A stretch of 64,000 nt of DNA from Octopus sinensis (GCF_006345805.1 NW_021832231.1:186001-250000), one strand, 5' to 3'. Counted from the stretch's first letter, positions 36,640 through 50,770 are shown. A program made the numbers and translations. The notes: a model not told the origin generated them from the letters alone.

Positions 36640-36755
36640 CACTTCACAAAGTTGTTAAAAGATTTCATTTTTGAGATCGGATTTAATTTAGTTTCTCTTA
36701 AATGAGAAATTATTATAATGCGGGCCCTCGAAACGAAATGAGTTTGACACCCCTG
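36640..36755 (+). mobile_element. Orphan hAT right terminus
   Basis: GAGTTTGACACCCCTG (reverse of CAGGGGTGTCAAAC) followed by CTCTAGAT, a Buster-type nnnTAnnn site. Confidence 0.5.
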
Positions 36756-37049
36756 CTCTAGATAGCTGAAATAAGGATAAAAAGAAGTGCAATCAAAAAA
36801 AGGACAATACAACCGGCTACACAATCAAAATTGGAAAGCCTGACAATATTCTTTTCTGCTTGTTTTTCATAAACTCACTGCACATATTGACTTATTATAG
36901 GGTTGACTATCAAATTGGTATCTGGCCGTTTCATCATCATCGGTCACCTACTACGTTCGTTTCTAATCCAAAATTTAATTTGTATAAAGAGGTAGATTTT
37001 CTCAGCCCACAGTTGAAAGATGATTCAAAATTGGGTGGGAAATAGAGTG

Positions 37050-40000
37050 TTGAAGACAAAAAAAACTTTGGAAACTGAAGCCTCTAGTATTTTTGATTGG
37101 CTTAACTCTGAAAATGAAAATTCTCTGCTGTTTTAGACTCCTATCAGAAATTCCTTCAGCCCGCGTGAGTGCACGCATAGCGGAAGGCTGAGGATTCCTT
37201 CTAGGAGCAGAACGCGTCCGTGGAGGAGTTTGTTTGGGTTTAAAACAGGCTTGGTAACCCACGGTTTTTGAGTGTCTTGCTTCTTAGACAATGAAGGGAA
37301 GTCTCGAAAAGTTCTTGAAGAACCCGATTTCGCCAATACTTCGACTGATTATAGGCTTTTTAAAGGAGAAAACAGCCAAATTTGGGAATAGTTTCTTTAA
37401 TTCCTCAAATAAAGAGAAATTGTCGGTTTCAAAAACGAAGAGGGAGAAACTTATGTCCTTAATGGCGACGTAAAATATAAACTCAAAAAAGCACAAACGT
37501 TTGAAGACGAAGAATGCTCAAAAATCACACGTTCTAAAATAAAAAATGCTGGGTAGAAAACTATTTATCCCAAAATGCACTTACTATCACTTTGAAGAAA
37601 ATTTCGACCAGGAGACAAAAATCCTTATCAGGAAAAGAAACTTTCTTAAAAAGAATCTAATTTCTATTCCCGAGAAGAAATGAAATAAAGAACCTAAATG
37701 ATACAATCACTAAGAAACTGAGGCATCCCAAAGAGAAGATGGGAAAAACAAATCAAAACGCTTGGAAAGGAAAATCTCCCCCAACGCATGTGAAACACAG
37801 TCTCAAAAAGTTCAGACCGCCACTATTGTACAGACTTCGAACAGAAAAGTCAACCTGAATTGAGTAAACTCATGAAATTCTACGCCGGAATCAGCCACAA
37901 GAATCATCTAAAGATAACTCATATTATATAAACAATAAACCAAAAAAATCAAACTCACGCATTTATACCTGCCAAAAGACCTTAACAACCAGAAGCACAT
38001 CACCCCGATTCATTCCTCACAAAAACTGCTCCCCGCCCGTTCTGCCAAATCTATGTAGATCTTGATATGACAATTCCCAGACCCAATTACGGAGAGTCTG
38101 TCCTTCTGGAGCTTCATACACAACAAACAAGACCAATGTGAAAGAATAAGACTCATGGCCAGGATCGCATGTAGCCCAGTTTTGGCAGAAAACATAAACA
38201 GCTTCCCGAGTCTATTGAGAAGCCTTCTTTACTCAATTTTATCCTCCTCTACAAACACATTGCTGAAGGGGCTGATTAATAATAGAATGAAAGAGACATA
38301 CACATTAACAACGAAGCTGTAAAGCAGGCCTGGCCAACCCAAATCGCATCGCGGGCCACTTTGTCCAAATGAATCCTTTCCGCGGGCCGCATATACATGT
38401 ACATACTAAGGATAGATATCAAAACAACACAGATAAGATTTTATTTAGTAAAATAGCATTCAGTCCAATTATACGTATCAATGAGAAATCTGTTTTTCTT
38501 TATCTTCACTTAATTTTTTCAAATCAACTTCACAATTACTAGTTGCACATCTTAATTGGTTTTCTAAGTTTTTATCTGTTAAAGAAGATCTATATCTACT
38601 TTTACTAAACTTTAATTTCGAAAAGAATGATTCACATACGTAAGTAGATCCAAAGGAGCTTACAACTCTTTGTGCAAAAATTCTAGTAATCAAATTATCC
38701 TGTCCTTGTAACTCCTTGTTTAATTGATTAATTTTTTCGGTTATATCTACCAAAAAGCACAGATCTAGCATCCATTCTTCATCATTTAATTCAGTTAATG
38801 TCATTTTCTTATGCATCATAAAACTTTTGATTTCTTCTCTCAAGTCGAAAAAACGTTTTAAACATTTTCCGCGACTCAGCCATCTGACTTGGAAAAATAC
38901 ACAAGATCACCATAGTGAGAATATAACTCGTTCAATAATTCTTTAAACTGGCGATGTTGAAGTGCATGAGAAGAATGAAGTTTATAGTTCTTACAACCAC
39001 ACTCATAACATGGTTCATAGACAACACTTGCGCGCACAATTGTGTTGATGTATCAAGCAGTGTATTACAAATAAATAATTTTTTATGCTTCTTGACTCCA
39101 TCTCATCCATTATTAGCTTACAACTCCTTTATTTCTTCCAATCATAGCCGGCGCCCCATCTGTTGTCAATCCAGCAAGGGTCTCTAAATTCGCTCCATTG
39201 TCGGATAAACATTTCATAACAGCTTGGAAAATATCTTCGCCCTTTGTAGTATCTTTCAAACTGACAAGGTTAAGCATTTCTTGTTTCACTTGAAAAGATT
39301 CGGTAACTCCACGAATATATACTACAAGTTGAGACGTGTCTGTATATCCGTGCATTCGTCAAAGGCCAAAGAATAACTTTTGAAATATTTTATTTGATCA
39401 CGCAAAGTCACCACAATTTCATTTGAAATGTCATTAACCTGCGACATATGTTTGACGTGACAAGCTAATGTTTGAAAACTTTTTAGTTTTATCTGGCAAA
39501 ATGTCTTTCACGACAGCATCCAAACACTCTTTTACGAATTCTCCATCCGAAAATGATTTCATTCTCTTTGAATTATCATTGCAACAGAGTAGCTTGCTTT
39601 AACAGTATCAGAAGAAGAGTGTATCGATGAATTTAATAGTCTTTGCTGATTCTCAATTCAGATTTAAGCGAATCCAGTTTCCTTGTTTTCATTCCTTACT
39701 AAATTTCGCGTATTCGGATGCTTTGTTTCATAATGTCTTCTTACATTGTACTCTTTCACCACCGATACTTTCTCTCCTTGCAAATTAAACATGTTGGCTT
39801 GGAATTATGCATTATAAAAAGTAATCTTCTTCCCAATGATTGCTGAATTGCCTGTTTTCTTCAAAAATTTTCCTTTTCTTCTTCATATTGATAACAGCTA
39901 CAAAAATAGATAAACTTTAAAATTTATTAAACTTATAAAATTTATCTTTATTTATTAAACTTAAGAAAATTTATCTTGAATGTATTTATAGGTTAACTAC

Positions 40001-40600
40001 ATACAAAAGTTCTCTCGCTCTCCGGGCCGCACCAAACTCCATCGCGGGCCGCATGCGGCCCGCGGGCCTTGGGTTGGCCAGCCCTGCTGTAAAGGATATT
40101 CTCACAGTACATTTTGAAAACAAAAGTGACTTTTTTGACCACATGAGTTAAATATTGTTGGGCATTAACGAACGAGTGCGGAAAATCAGAAGAAAGCAAT
40201 GGACATATAACCTTGCTTGTAAAACAGGAGTACAACAGGTGGTCTATGACCGGCTCTGGACAACACGCGTATATTGGGAGTGAAACGTCAGAGCCACTTC
40301 TTTATATAAAAGCGCTGAAAAGTCACATCTTTTTCTATATTGAATCCAGCACTTCGTTTAAGCCGTGCAATAAACTGGTTCATCAGGAAGAATTCAAATC
40401 TTACTTCCAGGGGCTCACTGATGGCATCAGCCTGTCATTCTTTTATAACACCATATTCAGGAATACGAGAGAAAGACATGTATTACGCACACCGTATTGC
40501 AAGTGAATATTTGATGAACATAATGGATATGAAGACATTAAAACCATTGAACATTTTATACAATTCAGAGAACTTCGTCAAAACGTTCTTACAATAGCAA
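37050..40600 (+). mobile_element. Highly decayed APE-type non-LTR RT relic, split by hAT copy 2
   Basis: Scattered motif-like pieces in RT order: LFGFKTG, CFLDNEG, LRLIIGFLK, QIYVD, IHINNEAV|..LYIKALKS. Confidence 0.35.
38325..40086 (-). mobile_element. hAT (Buster/SPIN) internally deleted element, copy 2
   Basis: Inverted near-identical copy of 19306-21063; 8-bp TSD CTGTAAAG (38317-38324, 40087-40094); intact TIRs. Confidence 0.95.
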
Positions 40601-41399
40601 GCTTCAGGGGAGGAAGCAATCCCCCTTCTAGTAAATGCCTATCACAAACATTGAACAATGCACTTCAACACTTATACACGATGAAGCGAATGGACAAGGT
40701 ACACCGAAGTGTACTATCACGGAAATTATTATTTTAGAGACCCTATAATTTTAGGGGTGTTGCTGGTTGGCATGCATGTAGCAATCAATTACTTTGGTGG
40801 GGAGAGATTGAAAAACTGGGAAAAGATTATATACAAGGTGTGATAGCAGAAATAATAAGGAATCAAACGATGGATACATTTTATGAAATGCAGACTCGAA
40901 CTTTTGGAAAAAGAGTGATTGATTATGCACTTTGTGGAGTGAAGTGAGACATGCATTGCGATCGATCGGAAAATTAACTGATATTCATCCACACTCTGAC
41001 ACATAAATACAACGAGTAGAGTTAAAAAATGTTAAGTTTTTAAATTTTTGGCAATTATCTTGAGTCAGTAATTAGTGTCAAACTAGGTGGGTCAACTATG
41101 TGTTTTAGGTGGTTTTGCTCGAAAGATATTGCTATGTCAAACAAGTATATGATGTGGACAATATTCACAACAATTTCTTTAACTGAAATGTAAAAATTTT
41201 GTCTCTGTTCTTCATTTATTTGAAAAAAAACATGCTTGACTTACTTTTTGAATTTGTGATGAACTGAAGCCGAACAAAGACGGCTTATTATTACTACCAA
41301 TATTTGTAGTACATTTAATAATTATAAAGGAAAATTACAATTCGACGATTTAATCAGCGTCTTTATATTCTGGGAGAGAAAGGGAAACTCCTCCGCCAA

Positions 41400-41990
41400 G
41401 CACGGAGGGAGGAACCTTTCCGCCAAAATGTTGAACCTCCCGTAAAAACTAAGGGCACAAAGTTTAGGAGCAGTGAGTGAAATAAGCATGTCCGGTTGGA
41501 GTGACTGAGTGTTTGTTATTCCCGTCCCACCCGAGAGGAATATTCACACTCGCTACTTGTATTCCGGCTGTTGAAGAGTTACTGTCTGCATGTCAAAAAA
41601 AAGCAAAAGCCATCGCAGCTCTCTGCCTCTTAGGAAGCATGCATCTGGACCCAGAAGTTTTTTTTTCTTCGTGTTCCACGCACCATCCTATCAAGCTTGG
41701 TGTACGAGATGGAAGCGTGGTACTACTCGAAAGATCTTGAGAAAATTAACAAGAAATGCATAAAGATCCGGCGCTATGCTCTAAAGCTAGCTTACAGGCT
41801 TGACTCGCAAGGCCCGGTCCCAATTTTGGCGGAGACCAAGTCCCCGGAGATACGGCAGGTCATTGAGAAATCTATCCGGTCTTTCTGGACAAGATCTCAG
41901 CCTATTTCATTCTCTTCTTTGCAAACTTTCGGAACTGGCTTTCTACAAGGTGACCAATCATAGGAAAAAATTCCTGACAGCTCGGTAATT
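41400..41990 (+). mobile_element. Non-LTR RT C-terminal remnant
   Basis: ILSSLVYEMEAWY..KIRRYALKL resembles the post-RT P-x-L-x-Y-G-x-E-x-W region. Confidence 0.5.
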
Positions 41991-41999
41991 TAACTCGCG

Positions 42000-42350
42000 G
42001 ATTTACGCCAAAGGCCACCTTGAGCGCTAATCACCTCGTTTTTTCCAGTAGTTTAATAATTCTTTCCTTATAAGGGGACAAGATCCACCTTTCAGCCCAT
42101 ACATCAGCACAGGAAGAATTGCTACTCGGAAAATGAATAGCACCGTCTCAGCGAGTAAGCAAAATTTAATAAGGCACATGATCATATGTGTACACCGTTT
42201 TTCGTTAGAATAATGTCTTCTTCACATTTTTCATTTTCAGGAAATTGGACTCCCAGGTATAAAAACGATTGGATCTTCCGAATATAGTCAATCGTGTATG
42301 GTAAGGTTTTTGCACTTCTTCCTGCTGATAATCGAGTGAGGGTGCACTTC
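42000..42350 (-). mobile_element. RTE-like RT C-terminal remnant (same family as ~1000-1400)
   Basis: Reverse-complement match to 1180-1310; FLYLGVQF, ILPVLMYG. Confidence 0.65.
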
Positions 42351-42409
42351 TCAATTGACAGTCAAGTTATTTACTCTAAATAGATTTTTATTGCGATATG
42401 AATTAAGAT

Positions 42410-45400
42410 ATTGGTAATTAATTATTATTAATTATAAAGCACTTTCGGAAAAGTCAAGTTAATTAAGCTTTCCTTGTGCCACCATTGAAATTCTCCCGGT
42501 CATGCGTCTCCAGGCTCTCCGGTCAGTTGCGATCGTCCTGAGTGAGTCGAGATCATCGCCATTTTTCAGTTTTTTATTAATTCCAGCTAGATCTTCATTA
42601 GCGTGGTAGCCAGAGTGACCCTGGGTCTTCCACGGAAGTCTCCTTTGGAATGGGCAAAGTAGTTTTCCATCGCGATATTCGGCGGAGTGAGGCTGTCAAG
42701 TCTTAATATGTGTCCAAAGAGTCGCCATCTGGACTCCAGGATGTCCATAGAGATCGGTCTCGAATTGCATTTTTGTATAGGGTGAATTTGCTATTTTCCT
42801 TGAGAATTGCATGTTTATCACTCTTCTCAGTTGGTTCCGATGAAATCGGTCCAAATTGTTCATATCGGTCTTACTGATTCCCCACGTCGATCCATTGTAC
42901 ATTAGGACTGGGACAACAAATGTGTTATATATTTTAAGTTTTGTCTTTGAATTTAGCTTCTTTAGGCGCCAGATGTTCATAAACTTATTGTATGTGGCAA
43001 TTGATAGTATTTTTCTGTGCATAATGTCTTCAGAGTCCCCTAAGAGAGATCCGACTTTCTTTTGTCTTCTCCAGGCTCATCATGATTCGTTCAGATCGAA
43101 TAAATTTCGTATGTTCAGTTTTATTGTGGTTGATTGTTAGAAACCATTTGGAAAAAATATCTGGTATGTTTCGATAATAAATCGAAGGGTTTCAGCATCA
43201 TCAGATACGAAGTCGACATCATCAGCATATATTATTTCGCGTTGTATTTAGTGTTGTCCCCAAGAGGCCGAAAGTCTCTGAGTGCTGCCTCTAGGTAGAC
43301 GATAAAGAGAACTGGGGACAGCGAATCGCCTTGTGGTATGCCCGTGATGTGTAGAAATAGTTTGACACATTTTTTACCAAGTTTGGTTGCTAATTGAGTG
43401 TTCTGAAGAAGCATTAGGATTATTCTGATGTCGTCATGATTTAAGAAGGTCATAAGTATTTCCACAAGTTTAGTTCTGTGAACAGAGTCGAATGCTCTGG
43501 ACAATCGATGCCGAGTATTTCAGTGCAATGTTTATATTTTTGGCATGTGGCAGCTGTCCATCTGTGAGTCCAGATCACATCAGCAGTGGACCTGCCAGTT
43601 CTAAAGCCACTTTGTCCCGGTGACAGAAAGTTTTCCACCTTGGTTCTTATCCTCTCTAATGCGATCAACGACAGTGTTTTTCCGAAGCGTCGTTAGCAAA
43701 ATAATAGGTCTTAGGCTGGATAGGGTCCTTTTTGTTTTCCAGGTTTCTGTAGAGGAATTAACCATCCTTTGCCGAGGTCTAATGGGTTGTTCTGCTCAAA
43801 TGCCTTGTTCAGGATATTTGCAGCGATTTCAGCAAACTTCATTGGCGCATATTTTACTAGTTCAGGTGGGATATTGTCCGGTCCCCCAGACCTGCCGGTT
43901 TTCAGTTCTTCATTGCCTCCAATATTTCGTAAGTGGTTAATGGGGAACTTAGTGCCCCTACAGTATATGGGTAGGGTTTTATCCTGATTCATCCTCCCAG
44001 TTAAGCATTTTGTAGTAGTATTCAGATATAGCCTCTACCTTACTCTTGTTGTCAATGATAGCCGCTTCCGTGGTGTCCCAGACAGTGATCGAATTTGCCT
44101 CTTTTTTTGCTTAGCAGCCTCATTGCCATGAACATTTTCGTGTCGTCCTTTGTTTGTTGTTATGTGTTGAAATTGCTCTTTTCTTTTTCTTTGTACATTA
44201 GCAATTTCTGTGTTTTCTTGATATTTAGTAATATCATGTTCCGTAATTTTCGGAGTTCTCTTATTTTTTTCGGGTTGCTGGAGTTTTGTATTTTTAACCT
44301 CAAGGTTTTCTGCCTTTCTGAGAGGGAGCAAATCTCGTTATCGTGAAATTTGTGTTTTTTTCGAGTGAGTCCAACAACATTTACAGCTGTCTTCTTCATT
44401 GCACTGGTCACTGCATCCCAATCGCATTTGCAGGTTTTGTTGTGTCAATATTGTCGAGTTCTTCCTGTATTTTGTCTGCATAGTTCTGTTTGAGTTTTTC
44501 ATCACGGATAATTCAAGATTATAGCTTTCTTGTTCATCATGCGTAAGTTTTTTCAGTTTGTTGTATGTCTTGTACAGTCCGATGCTAGTGATTACTAGTT
44601 TGTGGTCACTATTTGTCTCCAGTCCCCCGTATGAACGTGAATCCACAAGTAGATGTTTATGGGCAGCTTTGCAGAGGATGTAGTCTATTTGATTGAATAT
44701 AGGTATGTAATTTCCATTTGAGTCCTTTCTGTTCCAGTCCATGTTGTTTGTGCCTGGCTGGATGACGGAATGCCGTGTTGCATAAGAATAGGTCTAAATA
44801 GGTGCAGAATTGGATCAAGGCAGTTCCAGGCACATTTCTTTCTCCGTTTCTTCTTCCATGGGATCCTATGCATGTTTTCTCCGGGCCTGGCTTTCCCTGC
44901 TCTGGCGTTCTCAATCACCAGAAATGAAACACATATACGAGGATCTGAGTGTGTTGTATAAATTTGTGAGAGTGGAATAGAATTCATCAAGTTCATCCGG
45001 ATTAGCAAGGGCTCTGACTCCAGTTGGCGCGTACACATTAATGATTGTGACGAGGGAGTTCGGTTTCGTTCCCCATTTGATTTGGAGTACCGCAATCCTG
45101 TCCGAGACGGACCACCCCGGGATATGTGTTCGTCCAGTTTTCTGTTGATTGCAAACCCAAGGCCGTAGTGACGACAGGTAGTTGGGAGGGTAATTAGTGT
45201 GTAATCGCCTATCTTCGAGCTTCCATGTTCAGTTATTTTCGTCTCTTGTAAGCAGCAGATGGACCCTTGCTTGTTCCAAATCTCTTGTGAGTTGAAGTTG
45301 TTTATACATGGGATTGAGTCCTCTAACGTTTAGAGTGCCAATTGAGAACGGGCCAGCAGATATCAAGTGTGAGAAAGACATTGGTGCAATAGAGGCACGT
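42410..45400 (-). mobile_element. RTE-clade APE-RT retrotransposon, near full length, frameshifted
   Basis: IGTLNVRGL, QIDYILCK..NSDHKLV, GGPDNIPPEL, QSGFRTGRST, AFDSVHR, GIPQGDSLSP, YADDVDF, VVPVLMYNGSTW; (AAT)n-like tail. Confidence 0.9.
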
Positions 45401-45959
45401 CACCACCTCAACCACAAGAGTAATTTGTTGTTGTATATTGGTAATTTGTTGTATTTTTTGCAGAAAAAGTTTCACTAAAACCATGCTGCAATGCGTAACA
45501 ATAATTTTTTTATTAGAAATAATATTATCCATTAACTTAAAATAATTCGATCGTCATTTATTTTATAAAAAGTACATTTTTATTTTAATACAAAGTAGTC
45601 GGTCCATTCAACTGCGTGGTTCATTTAATAGACGGTGAAATTAAATGTTATTTATTCTAATTTTTAAATGTTCTTGATTTATTGAATAAAATACAATAAA
45701 TTAATTACATCAAGTCCACGTTATATTATTTTCTTGTGTTGTGTGCTTATGCTGTTAATTTTTATTTAATTTTACTTTGCTATCAATGTTTTATTTTTAA
45801 AATTTTTCGTTTTTTTATTTGTTTGAAGATTAATTAAACTGATTACTGGTAAAATATCTTTAATAAAGTTTATTTTGCAAGTGTATTTATATTCATTTTT
45901 TCAATTATTTAATCTTCATTCATTTAGATTTTAAAATTAAAATTATTATTTTTGGTACA

Positions 45960-46750
45960 TTCCTCCGACCCTGACGGGAAGTTTTGCTTGAGTTCAACCG
46001 ATTTTGTCAAAGGAAATGTTCAGAACTGCTTCCGTGCAGGATTTCAATGATTTTTCCAAGGAAGACAGAATGTCTGAATGCGAGTATAGCAGGCACGGGA
46101 GCGTGTACAGAAGTTTCGGCATATGTATACTGCTTTTCATGAGGAAAAAAGCGATGTGCGAGTCTATCTCTAAGAGTCTGCTTGTGAGGTTACAGAATTA
46201 CATGTCTTTCTTCGCCAGATGGGCCTTTAGGCCAGATGGGCTTAGAGGGCATCCAAGAAAGGTTGCTTCTAATGGCTGGGTTATTTGTGCACCAGTGATG
46301 AAACCTTGGATTATCATATTGACATTCGGAAAATCCGCCTCAAGGTAGTTGAGGTTTAGGAGTTCCGATTTATCCACGTTAACTTCTAGGCCAAGGTTGC
46401 GCAAAGCAGGGAACCGAATAATGGAGGTATGGGTCGAGAGGGCTTCGGAGATTTCCCAGCCTGTCTTCCTCACGTACGGGAAAGAAACTTCACTTATCTT
46501 TGGGGATAAAGTCATCCGTACCCGAACAGGAGTCCAACAAGGCGACCCTCTTGGACCATTACAGAATCAACACCAATATTCATGTGGAAAGAAAAATATA
46601 TTCCTGAGAATAAATTTATATTCGCCTTAGCAATCGACGAGGCTGTACGATCAATCCTCTCACCATTCAATTTATGGTGCCTGGACGACGCGACCATTGG
46701 CGGCTCTGTGGAATCCATCACCGAGGACCTAGCCCGCCTAATCTCTTCAC
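45960..46750. mobile_element. CRE-like RT fragment with internal inversion
   Basis: + strand 46420-46745: GVQQGDPLGPL..LWCLDDATIGG..EDLARL. - strand 46422-45960: IRFPALRNLGLEVN..LPVRVGG. Confidence 0.85.
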
Positions 46751-48193
46751 AAAATTATATGGAAAATCATGCATTTTGCCTTTATTTCATTATTTGAGGC
46801 AATGAATTTTCTATTTCGCGAACTACGCTTTTTATTCATTCTTTTAAAATAAGATGAATTCCTGTTTGCAAGACTAAAATTAAAGATTTTTTTATTCGTT
46901 TTTAAAAATAAATGCAGTCAAACCCCGTTTACTCGCCAAATTTAGTAGGTAAATAAAACTCTATCTTTAAGTGTGAAATTTTTGTATGATTCATGAATGC
47001 CATATTCGCATTCAATTTTCTGAAGAACTTCATTAAATTTGAATTCATCGAATTTAGTTATAAAGGAACGCATTATTATTTTATCCATAGACTGCAATAT
47101 TGTTGAGGTGTTGACTGGGAGAAAAAAAATTCAATAAATTTTAATTTGAATAATTTTTTTCAGAAGTTAATACATCATTGAGAACAAACAGCACCATATG
47201 AACATTTATGTTTAGAACACAAATGAAGACACAGTTCTCTGCTAAATAGTAGAACAAATAATGTCACTAAATGAGACTAAATATGAAACAAAGGACAATG
47301 AATAAAAAACGCAATTAGTTATTCTGATAATATGAGGGACCCCAATCATATTTGCGGTAGTATTGAGTCGGATACATGAAATAATGAACAGAAGTATATA
47401 AACGTTTCGGATACTTTATTACCGTTGGATGTGACAATGATTGCATTTGTGTCTTCTTATATTAGTTTGATGGCTAATCGTTTGTTTTGTGTGAGCAATT
47501 CCACTATTTTGTGAGGAACATGAAATGGTATCCAATAATTTTCTCTTCTTCAGTGTGTGTTATGTGCTTGAAATACATTTAAAGTAATACAATGAAAATT
47601 TGTTTATTTTACTAGTTAGGAAGACAGGAAAAACTAGCCTAAAAATTAAGATATCAACAATATTCTTTTTATCAACAATATTCAATTATGTTGGTTAGCT
47701 AATAAATAATTATTTGACAGCAAAAACTTTATAGATCATCATATTTTTTCGATTTTAACGTGCAGTCGAATATAACACGCAGGCAACTTTAGGGCCAAAA
47801 TATCTGGAAAAATGAAGTAATCAAATATAGTAAGCATCTAAAATTTTGCGCTGACAAAAATCAGAAATTTCACTTTGATGACTTTTTTGAACGTTGCGGT
47901 ATAACTTACTCGCCATGTTGCTTGTACAATGTCTAAAACTGAACTGAGGGAGAGTGAACTGAGACGAGTACAAGGCTAAAGAGGAAACAGTGGTTGTTCG
48001 GCTTCCCGATCGGTTTTACGAAATAAAGTAAAATCGAGAATTTATAATCGTACCAGCAAAAATTGGTAATTTATTTTAGTTATTGATTATTTACAAAAAT
48101 AATTAGTAAAAAATTAATTATAAAATGCACCCCATTTATTGGAATTAATTATATAACAAAAAAAGACAACTATCATGAGGAAAAAAAATTATA

Positions 48194-49437
48194 CAGTCCC
48201 GTCCAAATGTTAGAGGCACCCTATTTTTTCCCTAAAAAGGCACTTATTTATTATTTTTCGAAAGATTTCAAAGAATAATTTAAGTTTTTAAAGGAAATTA
48301 AACATTTCCAAAGTTTTTATAAATATTCGACCGATAGTATTCTCAAACTTGAAAACAAAAAATAATTGGTCGCTCATATGTTAGAGGCACCTATGTAAAA
48401 AGCAATAATTCTATAATTTATTATTATTAATTTTAATAAAAAATTCAAATGCCTCGTGTATCAGTTTATAACAGGTTTCTCGTCATCGAAAAATTAAAAT
48501 TTGGCGAATCTTAGGTGAAAATATCCAAAGATTTGGGAATCGGACGCATTGCAGTGAAAAAACCAAAATTGACTGCATCTCAGGTTGAAAAAGGTATACA
48601 TGGTGTCTTACTAAAATTCCGTGGAATCAAGACGACTGGAATTTAGTGATATTTTCTGATGAATGCCGGATTCAGTTAAATCAGATGTCTAGGCAATACA
48701 TAAGAAGACCCCCTGGATCAAAATTACAGAAAGAATATTCAATTTAAACTGTGAAATTCCCTTTATCAATTACGATATGGGGAGCAATTAAAAGCAATGG
48801 GCAAAGATCAATTGTCCTTTGCCGAAAAACAGTTGACTCCGCCGAATATCAACGCGTTATAAAAGAAGGATTTGAAAATTTTTATGAAGAAAATTATTTT
48901 CTTCAACAAGATGGAGCAACATGTCATACATCAAAATCCACTAGAGCGTTTATGGCCGAAAACAACATAAAACTCATGGAAAAATGGCCAAGTCAATCTC
49001 CTGACTTAAATATAATTGAAAATCTATGGGCAATTTTAAAAAAGAAGTTAAAAATTGTGGAGCATCAACGATTCAAAAATTATGGAATGAAACAAAGAAG
49101 GCCTGGGAAAACATTGATACAGGTGTGGTTATTAAGCTTTTTGAGTCAATTCCAAGAAGAATATCTTCGGTAGTCATAAATAATGGAGGAATGACTAAAT
49201 ATTAAATTTTTGGATAATTTTGTCTTTCGTTATTGAAATGTGCCTCTAACATATGAACGATGTATTATTTTGAGTTTCTTAGTAAATACACATTATAAAC
49301 TAAATGTGCTCAAAAATTTTAGGTTAAGATTTTTTATTCAATAGTTTGTTATTAACAAAAAACTTTTTTCAAAAAATGACAAATAAGTGCCTTTTTTAGG
49401 AAAAAAATAAGGTGCCTCTAACATTTGTACGGGACTG
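48194..49437 (+). mobile_element. Tc1-family transposon with IR/DR ends, internally deleted
   Basis: TIR CAGTCCCGT(C/A)CAAATGTTAGAGGCACC, TA TSDs, inner repeats ATGTTAGAGGCAC at ~48378 and ~49241; IFSDE, LQQDGATCH, WPSQSPDLNIIENLW (DD34E). Confidence 0.95.
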
Positions 49438-49499
49438 TATAACAAAAGTCTGTATGTTATAATCAACACTATTTATTAAAAGAAACAAAATTTAACTTA

Positions 49500-50005
49500 A
49501 GCTAGCTAGACTATTTAATTTAGGTTCTCAGTCCCGATTATTGGAATCTCTCTCCTTCTTTTAGGAGAAGAGCTTGCAACCAGTTCCTCCTCACTCTCCA
49601 TCTCCCAGTCAGATAGATTTTCTATTTGTCTCATATCTTTCACCAGCGTGTCACGGCAGCATGCCACTTCTGCAAGCTGGTAAGCAGCAGAGGCGTATTC
49701 TTCGGCAGATACTCTCACTCCATGTCTGTGTTCAACTACCATGCTTTCTAGAGTCCTTTTCAAAACAACAGATTGAATATAAGTTCTTGTGGCTTTTTCG
49801 ATCGATAATTTGATCATATAGTTTTTGAAGTATCTCGAAACAACGCCGTCCCACGTCAAGACAACCGGGATAATCTTTACCTTTGCATCATAAAGTATCG
49901 AAAGTTCGTTTGCGAGCAGATCATATTTGTGAAATTTCTCGATTTCGACTTGTTTGAGGCGATCTTGTAACGTGTTATAATCATTAAAATACAACGTGTT
50001 ATATC
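49500..50005 (-). mobile_element. R4/NeSL-like RLE 3' fragment
   Basis: LKQVEIEKFHKYDLLANEL..VLTWDGVV..YIQSVVLKRTLESM. Confidence 0.85.
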
Positions 50006-50770
50006 GCTCCAAGTCGGACCAACTCCAGCTGGCCACCCTTAACTGCGCCTGTCAGCCGCACACGGGTGACTGGCTCAAAGCTCTCCCCACTCCTAGTACG
50101 GGGTTACTACTGGACGACGAATCCTTGCGGATTGGGATCAGCTTACGATTGGGTTTGGACATCTGCCAGCCCCACCCTTGCCGGTGCGGGTCCTCAATTT
50201 CGTCAAACGGCTTGCACGCCTTGTCGTGTAAGAAGAGTGCCGGGAGAATTCCCCGTCACACTCATCTGAATGACGTTGTGAGGAGGGCTCTAGAGTCGGC
50301 TGGTTTCCCTTCCACCCTAGAGCCAGTCGGCCTTTCCCGGAGCGACGGCAAGCGTCCCGAGGGGATGACGACCTTTCCTTTTAGGGAAGGCAAGTCCCTG
50401 GTTTGGGATGCCACGTGGTGTGTCGACTCTTTTTCGACGACAATGCTTCCCAGGACTGTCGCAAACCCGGTTCCGCCAGTGCGCTGGCTGAAGAGACAAA
50501 GATGACGAAATACCGGTGTATTTCGGACGCTTTTGAGTTTGCCCCCCTCGCCTTCGAAACCTCTGGAATCGTCGGAAAGGCTGTGACTCAACTCCTCACC
50601 GCCATTGGTAGAAAAATCTCCACAAAACAAACGACCGGAGGGAGACGAGCTGGCTGTTCCAGCGAATCTCGTCGCTGTGCTCCGCGGAAACTGCCACTCA
50701 ATAAGCAGCGGCATCGTTGAGCTGACCCTCAGGCTCTCGACAATCCCCTTAGCACCCAATTGCTTACTTT
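50005..50770 (+). mobile_element. CRE-like retrotransposon 3' part (CCHC + RLE)
   Basis: GDWLKALP, CRCG..HALSC, EPVGLSRSDGKRPEG..VWDAT, VAVLRGNC. Confidence 0.88.

Noticed and set aside
46915-48180. pogo-like TIR CAGTCAAACCCCGTTTACTCGCCA at ~46916
   Set aside because: No matching opposite end or transposase found.
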